The position numbers and the translations under genes are program-made. The notes under the pieces were generated by a model. It made no database searches and was not told the origin of the DNA. It was given only the letters and a program-made list of their open reading frames with translations. A DNA stretch of 60,849 nt, filler included, from Fonticula-like sp. SCN 57-25 (lineage: Eukaryota): NCBI GenBank assembly GCA_001724245.1. It is 9 parts of 9 records of this genome, joined end to end, with 100 filler letters (N's around TTAATTAATTAA, not from the genome) between each part and the next. Parts side by side here need not be neighbours in the genome. Positions count along the whole stretch, not along the records: positions 21,933 to 27,813 come from MEDX01000504.1; positions 27,914 to 36,273 come from MEDX01000505.1; 7 more parts are not named here. The stretch is one strand, 5' to 3'. This document shows positions 23,929-36,373 of the stretch, piece by piece; the first letter of the stretch is position 1; each line of letters opens with the position of its first letter.

Positions 23929-25050
23929 TTATGGCGCGCCCTGCCTGAGGTAGGCGCGGTAGATGCGCTTCGAGTGCCGCGTGTTGAGATCGAGTTCCAT
24001 AAAGTGCAGCATGTCGGGCAGCGAGATGCGCGACGCACCACCGGCAGCCTGGAGTCGCCCTGGCCCCATCGGGCGGGCGGCGGCGGTACCGGGCAGAGGC
24101 GACGCGGCGGGACTGCCAGCGCCACCAGGCGAAGCAGCTAATGGAATTGGTAAGATAAAGGTCTGACTTTTACGGGCAGACGCACGGGCACCTGTCGCGT
24201 CCTGGACCATCCACGACTTTGTCGGCATATTCAGCATGTGCGCCATTGTCGTGTTTGCGCGCCGCGTCTTTTGAAGTTCCTCCTCAGCCTCTTTTTTCTT
24301 TTGCAGCTTGGCCTTGGCCTCCTTGTCGCGGCTCTGCAGCGATCGGCGTGAGCACAACGTGTAAAATGAGACCTAAATCGTACGCGGGCCTGCTCGGCGT
24401 CGTCCTTTTCTTCCTTGAGGCGCGCGACCTCCTTGGCGTTGCGCTCGAGAAGCGTGAGCTGCTTGCGCGGATGGCTCTTGACGACGCTGAACTGCCCGCG
24501 CTTGGTGATGTCGTCGTTGCGGTGCTACGTTGCACTGTTAGCAAAAAGGCAGCGTGCAAAGAAAGGCGCGTACATTGCGGATAACGATGAGTGACTCGAG
24601 GATGGTCCGTAGCCGCTCCTGAAGGCCGGCCGCCAGCGCCTCGTACACGATCGGGTTCGTCACCTTCAAGCCGGCGCGCGCGGCGATGCGGCCAGAAAAG
24701 TACGCCATGTCGTCGACGTTGATGATAAGCGCCCGCCGTTCCTCGAGACGGTCAAACTGAGACATGTCCACGGCGTCCATCGTGACGGGGAGCGCCTTGA
24801 GGGCTTCCTCCTGCTCGCTGATTCCGGATTGCTGAAGAACGTCATTCTGAAGCTCTTCATGGGCGGGCGGGGGAGCGTCTTCGCCCTGAGCGGGCGGCTG
24901 TGCCGGTGTGTCGCCAGACGACTCGGAGGTGGGTTCCACCTTGGCGCGCTTGGCTCTGTCGGGATGTTAGCGGGGTGGACGACGGCAAGAACGGCCGTAC
25001 AATGACTCCATCATCTCGCTGGCCGCCAGCGACTCATCTTCCTCATTCAT
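23929..25050 (-). CDS. TAF4: TFIID subunit 4 (histone-fold), multi-exon
   Basis: ALAAGLQERLRTILESLIVI..HR; RANTTMAHML; RISLPDMLHFMELD..HSKRIYRAYL. Confidence 0.8.
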
Positions 25051-25443
25051 GTCAAGCGCCTGCATTGACGTGCCCGAAGGCTGGTTTATCTACAAACACA
25101 GCCAAAATCAAGTCAGTTACGAGAGATCGGCGCGAGCAAAGGCCCCGTACCTTGCGCTTCGCCGGCGCCATCCTGTCGCGTCGGTCGGTCGCCTACAGGG
25201 TGCGATTACGCATGCGTTTTCTCAATTGACAGTCCAGGGTAGAGTCTGGCGGAATCATCTGCAGAAGGAACGTTCCAAAAACTCCCACAGGCAGTCGTCG
25301 ATCCAGGGGTGTCTGATGTCGTCACAGACCGCAACCGTACGCCTCGCCGCTGGTTTTGGGGCTGTCCCTCCAGGGACAGTGCCATCTTGTCGTAATTATA
25401 GTGTTTTTTTTTAATCAACCTGCGCCATCGTTGTTAACTGACG

Positions 25444-27813
25444 ATGGGATCCGAAAAGATGGTGCCCAAGGCGCCCATGTCGCGCGCGAGCTCCTTTGGC
25501 GACATGCTGACCATTGGCCCGAACTACAAGGAAAGCCTGGTCGGCTCGAACACTGAAAAGACTCCCGAGCAGCTCAAGCTCTGGTCCGAGCTGTACACCG
25601 AGACCAACGAGCAGGGTACGCTCGCCTTATCTTTGCACTGTTTCCTGACGAGGGATCCTTGCAAGATGTCCGCTCTCTGCAGACTTCCTTTGTCGAGCAC
25701 GTCTACTCCACGCTTGCCCGCACGCCGTTCAACTTGGACAACATGGGTGCCTACCAAGCTGCCGCCTACAGGTGCGCTTTCCTTGCTTGATTCACACGTG
25801 AGCTCACGATCCCTCAGCATCCGCGACAAGGTTGTGCGCAACAGCATCCGCACGCAGCAGCAGTTTACTCGCGTCGATCCCAAGCGCGTGTACTACCTCT
25901 CGATGGAGTACCTGATGGGCCGCACGCTCCAGAACACTGTTGTCAACCTCGGCTGCGACAACATGCTCGGCGGTACGTGCACAGAGTCGTCTTGTACCCT
26001 TTGCTCACTTTGCACGCAGACGCGCTCTCGGGCCTCGGCTACAAGCTCGAGGAGATTTACACCGAGGAGATGGACGCCGCGCTCGGTAACGGCGGTCTCG
26101 GTACGTTTTATTAATTTTTTGTGTGCCTCTTTCCTGACCCTTTTGCAAGGCCGTCTTGCTGCGTGCTTCATGGACTCGCTCGCGACGCTCAAGTACCCCG
26201 CCTGGGGCTACGGTCTCCGCTACACCTACGGTATCTTTGAGCAGCGCATTATTGGCGAGGATCAGGTCGAGTTCCCCGACTACTGGCTCACCTTTGGCAA
26301 CCCGTGGGAGGTGCCGCGCCTCGACGTCGTGGTACGTTTCATTTTCCCTTTTGAATGTCAAGCTAAGACGGCCATTTTTAGTACAAGGTTGGCTTTGGCG
26401 GCACTGTGCAGACGTACATTGGCTCTCACGGCGAGATGCGCAGCCGCTGGGAGCCCGCCGAGTACGTCCAGGCCGTCGCCTACGACGTGCCCGTCCCCGG
26501 CTACGACACGGACACCACCATCAACATGCGCCTGTGGTCGTCCAAGCCCAACAAGCAGTTTGACCTGGCCGACTTTAACGCCGGCGAGTACGAAAAGTCG
26601 GTCAAGGAGAAGCAGCGCGCCGAGAACATTACGTCGGTGCTGTACCCGAACGACAGCACGCCGGCCGGCAAGGAGCTCCGTCTTCGCCAGCAGGTGCGCG
26701 GCAGAAAAATGTTATTTTTTGGTAGCTAAAAGTAGTTGTAGTTCTTCTTTGTGTGCGCCACGCTCAAGGATATCATTCGCCGCTTCAAGCGCTCGCAGCG
26801 CCCGTGGTCCGAGCTACCGACGCAGGTGTCCATCCAGCTCAACGACACGCACCCGACGCTCGGCATCGTCGAGCTCATGCGCATCCTCGTCGACGAGGAG
26901 GTGCGCTGTTAGTTTATATCTTACTTTTGCTTACGTGTCATTGTAGGACATTGCGTGGGACAAGGCGTGGGAGATTACCCGCGGCGTGTACTCGTACACC
27001 AACCACACTGTGCTGCCCGAGGCGCTCGAGTGCTGGACCGTCTCGCTCATGTCGAGCCTCCTGCCGCGGTACATTTTCCATTATTTTATATCATTTTTTG
27101 CTGACACACGCCTTTTAATAGCCACATGCGCATCATCTTTGATATCAACTTGTTCTTCCTGCGCGAGGTCGAGCAAAAGTTCCCCAACAACCGCGACCGC
27201 CTCCGCCGCATGTCCATCATTGAGGAAGGTTCGGTCCAGATGGTCCGCATGGCGTACCTTGCCGTTGTTGGCTCGCACACTGTCAACGGTGTGGCCAAGA
27301 TTCACTCTGGCCTTGTCCGCACCGAGGTACGCGAGGAATACACGTATGTTTTACTGTGCGCTAACATGTTTGTGTGTAGCTGTTTAGCGACTTTGTCGAG
27401 TTCTTTGGTGAGCACAAGTTTACCAACGTCACGAACGGCATCACTCCCCGTCGGTACGCCATTTTTTGTTATATTGTGTATCATTTTTGGTCTATTTTGG
27501 CCCATTTTATCATCCTTTTGCCTCATTTTTGCATCTTTTTGCCTCATTTTTGCCTCATTTTTGCTCATTTTTTTCACTTTTACTGACAAAAACTAGCTGG
27601 CTGTTCATGTCGAACCCCCAGCTGAGCGATCTCATCTCGCAAAAGCTCGGCGGCAAGTCGTGGCTTCGCAACCTCACCGAGCTCGGCAACCTTCGCGAGT
27701 TTGCCGACGACACTACTCTTCAGCGCGCCTTTATGGACGTCAAGCACCAGCGCAAGGTGCTGCTCGCCGACTACATGGCCGAGCACTGCGGCGTCAAGGT
27801 GTCGCCCGACATG
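25444..27813 (+). CDS. Glycogen phosphorylase (GT35), 3' end cut by spacer, many introns
   Basis: [53 protein letters not shown]...[35 protein letters not shown]. Confidence 0.97.
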
Positions 27814-27913
27814 NNNNNNNNNNNNNNNNNNNNNNNNNNNNNNNNNNNNNNNNNNNNTTAATTAATTAANNNNNNNNNNNNNNNNNNNNNNNNNNNNNNN
27901 NNNNNNNNNNNNN
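27814..27913. other. Artificial contig spacer
   Basis: N run with TTAATTAATTAA. Confidence 0.98.
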
Positions 27914-28797
27914 GTGTAGGATGTCTGCGAGACGGCGATGGCGAGGCCAATCGCGCACAGGAGAGAAACCGCAAATGAATAGTTCAAAATGGCCGACTGG
28001 GTCCGCGTCGTAGGCGGAAGAGTCACCAAATGCGGTTGCCCGGCGATGGGAGCACGCGGCTTGCCGTTGATCAGCAGCTCGCCGCTTCCTGCGGCCTTGG
28101 CGTCCACGGTCGACATCTCCATGGAGCTCGGCTCCTTGGAGACAGAGGCCGACGAATCCTCGCGCGCGAGACGGCGGCGAGAATAGAAAAAGGCCAACTC
28201 GGAGACAAGAAAGATCGCAAGCGAGCCCACCCACATCGCGATAAGGACCATCGTAGCCGTCGACGCGTCGTTGCGGACAACATAGGGGTCCTAGAGCGGG
28301 AGGAATGGCATGAGCAAATCGAAAAAAATAAAAAATAAAACCCGCTTTGGACGTACCAGGATGCCCGTAAGAAAGGTGGCGAGAGTGACCGAGATGATGG
28401 CATAGCGAAGGAAGCTGTGCATGGCGTCGTAAAGCGTCTGGCTGATGGCGCGGCCGCGTCGAACCATAAAGTTCAGGACGATTTGAACCACGACGCGCAC
28501 GACAATGAGCACGACGTCAACGATGCCGAGAATCGAGTGAACAGACTTGAAATGAGGCATGAGGTGGTTGTTGTTGTTGACAATGGCAATCCCCAGGGCA
28601 GCACCCAGGAAAATGAGCGTGAACAGCATCATCACCTGGAGTGTCAGGCGGTACCCCAGGGGGACGTGCGCGCCCTGAAAGCGGCTCGAGTGCAGGAAAA
28701 TGGCAAGCCCATAGCAAACCGGCACAGCCACCACACCAAGCACAGCGTGCAGGTTGCTGTACTCTTCCCACGTCGCTCGCTCCACCACGGCCGCCAT
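27914..28797 (-). CDS. Cytochrome b561-like fusion membrane protein, copy A (3' end cut by spacer)
   Basis: Exon 1 28797-28357, intron 28356-28291; paralogous to the N-terminus of 29871-32937 (LHAVL, HFKSVHSILG, AMHSFLRY). Confidence 0.8.
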
Positions 28798-29870
28798 CTT
28801 GTGCGGGGACTCGAGGGGGAGGCAAACCAACCGGAAACTGGAGTGCAACACGATTGGATGCCAGCCAAAAGGAATTTCAATCGACCGTTTCCTCCAATCA
28901 CACGCCTTATCAGTAGGGGGCTCTGCCTAAAAAGGACGTTCTGGGATGGACGGGCTTCGCGGGCTGCTTGGCTGATGGCGCTGTGGTCAAGGTCAAGGAC
29001 CAAACGTAGTACAGCATAAAAATTTAGTGGCATAGAGTGGCAGATGAGAAGGAGCCGTGCTCGCACCTTGATTCTCGACTATGAGATGATGGCAGTTGAC
29101 CTCCGATAAGCGGATTCGCGGCCCGCCGCCAGCGGCCCCTGCGCGATTCGTAACGTATGCCGCCGCGCTGATGCTATGTCATTTTAAAACTAATATCCGC
29201 CGTGAATTAGTTGGCGACTGTGATACCCAGCGCCATTGGCTTGCTCTGATTGCAGCGAAACGGTGGCGCGCCTGCCGACGGCGACGCCGCGACGTGGCGG
29301 GCCGGCGGCGGAGGCTCCTTCAGCTGCCGGTGTCATTCGAGACTTGATAGCGTCAGCCCAATACTTATTACTCGTTTGCTGCTTTCTCGATATCTCGACC
29401 TTTCAGGCGCTCGCGGCTGGTGAATTACGTGGCAGCGACTGAAACTGAAAATGTCCGATTCGGTCTGTTGTGTGTTGCACGCCTGTGGATCTGCCGGCGC
29501 CGCCGGCGCGCCGCGCCGCCCGCGCGCCCACTCATTTGCGACCTATGGTACTTTCGTTTGGATACCTTCTCGTGATAGCACTGCTGCCTTTATGGAGCTG
29601 AGACGATCCCCTATGTGGCTGCCCACCGTCCCTCGGTGCGCGCTGGAGCTCGCGCTCGAGCTTGGCGCGCGCCTTGCCTCAATCTGATTTGTTTTTTGTA
29701 AAAAGGCTTTCCTGAGTACTCTTCCATTTAATAAAAGGCATCACATGCGTAATTTTGGCGGATATATTGGGATATAAACTACTGCTATTGGTACTTGAAA
29801 CAGGGATATGCGACGCACTCGGGATGCAAGTGGCATACAGCAGACTTGCGCTGTCGACTTGTGATTCGAC

Positions 29871-32800
29871 TCACAGAGTAAAATGAATCGCATCGAGGAT
29901 GGCAGCATCCGGGTCGAGGCTGTGGGAAAACGCGCGAATACGCGACGGTGCCACCGACATGTGAGTATCGTGGCTCGCAATATCACGCGCAAACTCGTGC
30001 AACTGCGATGCCTGTCGCTGGAGCTGAGCGCCCGTCGCCAGGGACGACAACTCGACAACCTCCGCGCCCTCGGTGCCCTTCTCACTCGGACGAATAGAAC
30101 TATCAAATTCCAAACGCGCGATCAAAGCCTCAAAGTACTCAATATCGGCCATCAGGTTAGACACCGCCTCGATCGATGTCTCATCGTCATAGTTCTTCAG
30201 CGACTCGAGCAAGCCACGGCTGTGTTCAACTGCCGCGCGGAAGCGATCGATAGATTTCAAGTTGACCTCTGCAGCCACGTTATCTTCAACTGTTCCAGCC
30301 ACCGAGCGCTGGCGCTTGAAAACGCAGGGCGGGCCCTTGTCGAGGGACGGCTTGCCGTTCCCATATTCCTTGCATGCTTTTTCCACGCGCTTATAGATGC
30401 CGTACTGCGCCATGAACGAGTAAAACTGCGCGTAGATGATGAGCGCAGTAAAGGTGACGAGCGCAATCACAATGAGGCCCATCTCGTGACCACGAGCAGC
30501 AAGGATATAGATCGCCCAAACGTCGTTGACCAAGCGTGAAATGACGTAGCAGACGAGGGACACTCTCATAATGCGCCGCACGGTCAAGGGGTTGCCGCAC
30601 AGGCGATACGCGGCGAGCGCGACAAACGTAGGCATCTCCACATACACAAAGACAATCATCAGAACGCAGTACTCCCAGACGGCCGTCGACTTGATGTCCG
30701 GCGGATAGATTGATATAAGGAACAGGCACGTTGTCGCAAGGTGGTGCGCCAAAGTCGACACGCTCACGTCGCAGCGCACAATCAGCTCGCATATATACAT
30801 GATGATTGTGTAGTAGGACAAGGCAGCAAAGTAGACGAGATGTGGGCCGATGAACTCGCCCTTGACCCATGTCAGCCAAATGACCCGAAGGAACAGGACG
30901 AGAAAGATGACCTGCACAATGATCTCGATAAAATACCCAATGACCAGGCGCTTCTTCTCCATCGAGAGTTCCACATAGTGCACCGAGACACGAACGAGAA
31001 TCGCGTTGATAATCCAGAACGCCGCATACCACACCAAAAACGCCGCAACGACAAAGCCGGGCTCAAAGACAATGTTGTACGCAAACACATCTTCCAACTT
31101 GAAGGTGTACTCAATATCAAACGACGAAATGTTGGCGCACACCAGTGGAGTCATATCGCTCGTCGGCCAGTACATCACGCGAACGCTGCACGCCTCGTTG
31201 ATCGCCGGATCAAGACCACCGTAAATGCGAACGCCAGCCGTGGCAGATGACGTGTTATAGGTGCACGAGATGCGGATGGTGTCGTGTTGCTCAAACACAT
31301 GCGCCTCGCCCGGCATTGGCTGATGCGCGGCATACGACATCGGGTCTGTGCTTGAAAAGTTGCTGTTCACAAACGACGGGCCTGCAGCGCCGTCCTTGTG
31401 CACCGTGTACAGACTCACTGAATCGGCGAATTGGTAGGCCGAGTACCCATACGATACCACACGAAGGGGTTCGTAAATAAATACGTCGGTGAACCGCGGA
31501 GCGCAGTAGCTGGTGTACTCGGTCGAAGGCTCCCCTCCCGGAATCGAAAACTCGTATGGAAAGCCGCCCAGCGCCAAAAAGCCAATGTCGAACGGGCGCA
31601 GAGCCTTGGTCAGCGACAACTCAAATGACGGGCGCTCACTACTCGTCGGAATAGAAAGATCGGGCGAGCCCATGTAGATATACGACAGCTGAATGGTCAA
31701 TACCTTGAGCGGCGTGTTGACATTGGCGCCGGACGAGATCAGGACACCGGCCTCGGGCGCAAATGCAATCGCGCACTCTGCGGCGGACTGCCCGCGCATA
31801 CATGTCTGCACCATTCGCATTGCCTGGGGATTTTGAACACGCGAGCAGCGGCCAACAGCATCCTCCAGAACGCCTGCTGTGGAGGCGAACAGGGTCATGG
31901 AAACAAACGTAGGCGACGTATCAAGCACCGTGTCCACCGCCGTGATGTGATAGTTATCATCGTCCGGCAGGCGAAATGTCTGGCAGAACGAGTGCACTGA
32001 TCCGGCCAACGAGCCAGGTGTCGCCGTCGCGTTAAAAGCGCCCAATTTCACAGAGAATCGCGTCGTCGCCTCGGGGATGGCCACGTAGGTCGTCTGCGAA
32101 ACGGTGACGGCGAGACCAATCCCGCACAGGAGGGACAACGCAAACGTGGTATTCAAGATCGCCGACTGGGTCCGTGTGGGCGGCGGAACGGCATGGTGTT
32201 CTCCCGCAATCAAGGCACGCGGCCTGCCATTTATCAGCTGGTCGCTGCTCTGTACGCCGCTTTTCAACTCATCGCTCGCCATCTCTGATTTGCTGGGGTC
32301 GGCAGAGACGGACGACGACGACACCTCGCGCGCTAGACGACGGCGAGAATAAAAAAAGACCATTTCCGAGATGAGGAAGATGGCAAAAAAGCCAACCCAC
32401 ATCGCTACCAGGATTATGGAGGCCGTTGTCACGTCGTTGCGAACAACATAGGGGTTCTATAGCAGCGGTTAGGTAAAAAAAGCGCAATGCTACAAAGCGT
32501 ACCAAGATGCCCGTGAGGATAGTCGCAAGAGTGACCGAGATCATGGCGTAGCGAAGGAAGCTGTGCATGGCGTCGAAGAGCGTTTGGCTAATGGCGCGGC
32601 CGCGTCGAACCATAAAGTTTAGGACGACCTGGATCATCATGCGGACAACCATGAGCGCAACGTCAACGATGCCGAGAATCGAGTGAACAGACTTGAAATG
32701 AGGCATAAAGTGGGTATTGTTGTTGACGATTGCGACTCCCAAAGAGGCGCCCAGCAAGATGAGCGTGAAGAGCCAAACGGTTTGGCGAGTTAGGCGGTAT

Positions 32801-32937
32801 GCCAGGGTGACTTGAGCGCCCTGAAAGCGGCTGAGAAAGACGACAATACCAAAACACACGGGCAAAGCAGCCACGCTGAGCACAGCGTGCAGGCTGCTGT
32901 GCTCTGCCCACGTTGCTCGCTCCACCACAGAGGCCAT
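29871..32937 (-). CDS. ~1006-aa polytopic protein: cytochrome b561-like + copper type II monooxygenase-like (no Cu ligands) + TLC-like TM domain + cytosolic coiled tail, copy B (complete)
   Basis: Exon 1 32937-32503, intron 32502-32457, exon 2 32456-29871. FCQTFRLP...YHIT, FSIPGG....C, DTIRISCTYNT...GG.....EAC...MYWP; LAHHLA and EMPTF in the TM region. Confidence 0.8.
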
Positions 32938-33869
32938 CGTCGGCGGGGCGAAAGGCAGGGGGGAAGCAATTTCACTGGCATCCAATCGCTGAGGCCATCT
33001 CGGACGCTGATTGGCTGCATCAGATGAGACTGATAAGACTGGAGAAATTGGAGAATCGAACCGGGGGGATAGGGGTATGATTCCAGGTAGGGCCGTTTAG
33101 CACCCCTCGCGAGCCCCTGCGCAACTTATCGAGCGCGACACGACACCCTTCCGAAGCATGGACGCGGGCGCGGCAGGTACACCGGCACAGTGCCATCAGG
33201 CTGCCCCATGGTAAGCGGGAGTCTAGCAAGTGATCTCGGCGATCGCTCTCGCCTGCGACTACGGAGTGCCGCATCTCCCGACGTATATGGCGTACGGAGT
33301 GCTGCTGTGCGGTTAGCCACTCACGCGAAGACAACAGATGGTCGCTCGAGGTCGCCAGCTCTGCTCATTTGCGCCGCTGACTGCGCATCATTTGTAGTGC
33401 CGCTGGCGGCGCTGGTGCGTCGTCGTATGCCGCAATGATCAGGGTCTGGCGGTCGCGGTTTGTGCTGTGAATGAATGACTGCAACAGCTCGGTGACAGCG
33501 CGCTCTCGGCGATGATTCTTGCCCCTTATCACGGCCGCCAGTGGATAGCCGCCGTCGTTTCTTCGTGTTTGGATGTGGGCCGCCGCGCACTATTTTTATT
33601 ATATTATTGCTTCGGATGAATATGCATGATAAAAGATGACATTATTATTCCGACATAGTAATATATAACTGGGTAAGTAATGAATCCATATTATCAAATA
33701 CAATTAACACGGATAAGGCATGCAAAATCATAGAACAGCGAACCGGCCGCTCAATACACAAAAATGTTGACACATCATTGCAAACTTAAACATCATTGCA
33801 AACTTAAAGCGCATGCGCGCCAGATATATCCTATTCTATAATTATGTAAAGACTCTAGAGTGTAATCAA

Positions 33870-36273
33870 TCAAAGCGAATAATCCAGCGCGTCGAGTACG
33901 TCTGCGTCCGGGTCGAGGCTGTGCGAGTTTGCGCGGATACGCGACGGCGCCATCAAGCCGTGCGGAATATCATGACCGGGAACGTCGCGCGCAGGCTCGG
34001 TACCCGTGTTGGCCAGCGACATCTGCCGCTTGAACAATGCAAACGTCGGCAGAGATGTCAACTCGACGCTCTGATTGCCCTCGCCGTCCCTATGACTCTG
34101 CGGGACAACAGCGTCAAACTCCAAGCGCGCGATCGAAGCCTCAAGATACTCGATATCGGCGACCAAGTTGGCCATGGCCTCGATCGACGCCTCATCGTCA
34201 TTGTCCTTTAGTGACGCTAGAATCGTGCGGTTGTGCTCGATCTTGTGGCTGAGCCGATCAATGGTCTCAGAGTGGAGTTCAGCGGCTTCGATCTTGGCAG
34301 CCACAGAAGCCTGGCGCATGAGCACGCCGGGCGGACCCTTGCCGGGCGGGCCCTTGCCGGCCGATGGCTTGTTGGCGCGCTCGAGCTCCTTGCATGCCTT
34401 GTCGACGCGCTTGTAGATGCCATACTGCGCCATGAACGAGTAAAACTGCGCATAGATGATGAGCGCCGCAAAGATGACGAGCGCAATCACAATGATGCCC
34501 ATCTCGCCACCACGAGCAGCAAGAATGTAGATGGCCCAAATGTCGTTGACCGCGCGCGTAATGATATAGGTGACAATAGAAACCTGCATGACGCGCCGCA
34601 CAATTACAGGGTTGCCGCAGAGACGGTAGGCGACCAGCGCGACAAATGTCGGCATCTCGAAAAACACAAAGACAATCATCAGGACGCAAAACTCCCATAC
34701 GGCCGTCGACTTGATGTCCGGCGGATAGATAGCAATAAGGAAAAGGCAGGTTGTCGCAAGGTGGTGCGCCAGGCTCGACACGCTCACGTCGCAGCGCACA
34801 ATCAGCTCGCATATATACATGATAACTGTGTAGTAGGACAAGGCAGCAAAGTAGACCAGATGGGCGCCAATAAACTCGCCCGTGACCCACGTCAACCAAA
34901 TGACCCGAAGGAACAAGACGAGAAAGATCACTTGCACAACGATCTCGATAAAATACCCGAGTACGAGGCGCTTCTTCTCCATAGAGAGATCCACGTAATG
35001 AACCGAGACGCGAACGAGAATCGCGTTGATGATCCAAAAGGCCGCATACCACGCGAGGAACGAAGCAATGACAAAGGCAGGCTCGTACGCGATGCTGTAC
35101 GCAAACACATCTTCCAACTCAAATGTGTACTCGATATCAAATGAAGAAATGTTGGCGCACACAAGCGGGATGAGCTTGCTCGTCGGCCAATACATCACGC
35201 GGACGCTACACGCCTCGTTGATCGCGGGATCAAGGCCGCCTGAAATGGAAACGCCCGGCGACGCAGATGACGTGTTATAGGTGCACGAGATGCGGATGGT
35301 GTCGTGCTGCTGAAACTGGTACTTTTCGCCCGCCATCGGCTGATGCATCGTATACGACATAGGGTCCTTGCTCGAAAAGTTGCTGTTTACAAATGTCGGG
35401 CCCGCGCTGCCGTCCTTGTGCACCGTGTAAAGACCAACGGAATTGGCATACTGGTACGCAGAGTAGCCATAGGACACGACGTGCAGAGGCTCGGCGATAA
35501 AGGCGTCGGTAAACCGAGGGGCACAGTAGCTCGTGTACTCGGTCAAAGACTCGCCACCGGGAATGGAAAACTCGTAGGGGAAGCCGCCCATGGCAAGAAC
35601 ACCAATGTCATACGGGCGCAGCGCCTTGGTCAGCGACAGCTCAAACGACGGGCGATCGCTGTTTGTCGGGATGGAAAGATCGGGTGCGCCCATATAGACA
35701 TACGACAGCTGAATCATCAGCACCTTTAGCGGCGTGTTTACTTTGACCCCGGATGATATCAGGACGCCGGCCTCGGGCGAAAAAGTAATCGCGCAATCCG
35801 CGGCTGTTTGCCCGCGCGTACACATCTGCACGAGCTGCATCGCCTGGGGATTCTGAACGCGCGCGCAGCGATTCACCGTGTCAAGACTACCAGCGGAGGA
35901 TGCATAGAGCGCCATAGACACGAATGTCGCCGACGAGTCGAGCACAGTGTTTACCGCCGTGATATGGTACATGGCGTCGTCCGGTAGGCGGAACGTCTGG
36001 CAGAAGGAGTGGATCGAGCCGGCCGACGAGCCTGGCATCGCCGTCGCGTTGAAAGCCGCCAGCTTTACAGAAAACGGCATTGTCATCTCAGGGATGGCTC
36101 TGTAGGACGTCTGCGAGACGGCAATGGCGAGACCAACAGCAAACGCAAGGGCCGCGCCAAAGGAAGCAATCAAAACGAGCGACTGCACTGGCGTCGGAGG
36201 CGATACGTGCACGGGCGATAAAGCTTCCTTCACCAGCTGCAAGAGCTGTTCGGTGCTGGAAGCGGCTGATTTC
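33870..36273 (-). CDS. Same fusion family, copy C (5' end cut by spacer)
   Basis: 790-aa ORF collinear and highly similar to copy B exon 2. Confidence 0.82.
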
Positions 36274-36373
36274 NNNNNNNNNNNNNNNNNNNNNNNNNNN
36301 NNNNNNNNNNNNNNNNNTTAATTAATTAANNNNNNNNNNNNNNNNNNNNNNNNNNNNNNNNNNNNNNNNNNNN
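36274..36373. other. Artificial contig spacer
   Basis: N run with TTAATTAATTAA. Confidence 0.98.

Noticed and set aside
27454-27596. TTTTGCCTCATT-type repeats resembling an array
   Set aside because: Low-complexity intron sequence with no unique spacers; not CRISPR. No prokaryotic defence or viral hallmark genes were recognised in the window.
33772-33810. 18-bp tandem duplicate CATCATTGCAAACTTAAA
   Set aside because: Simple slippage duplication in 3' flanking DNA; no element bounded by it.
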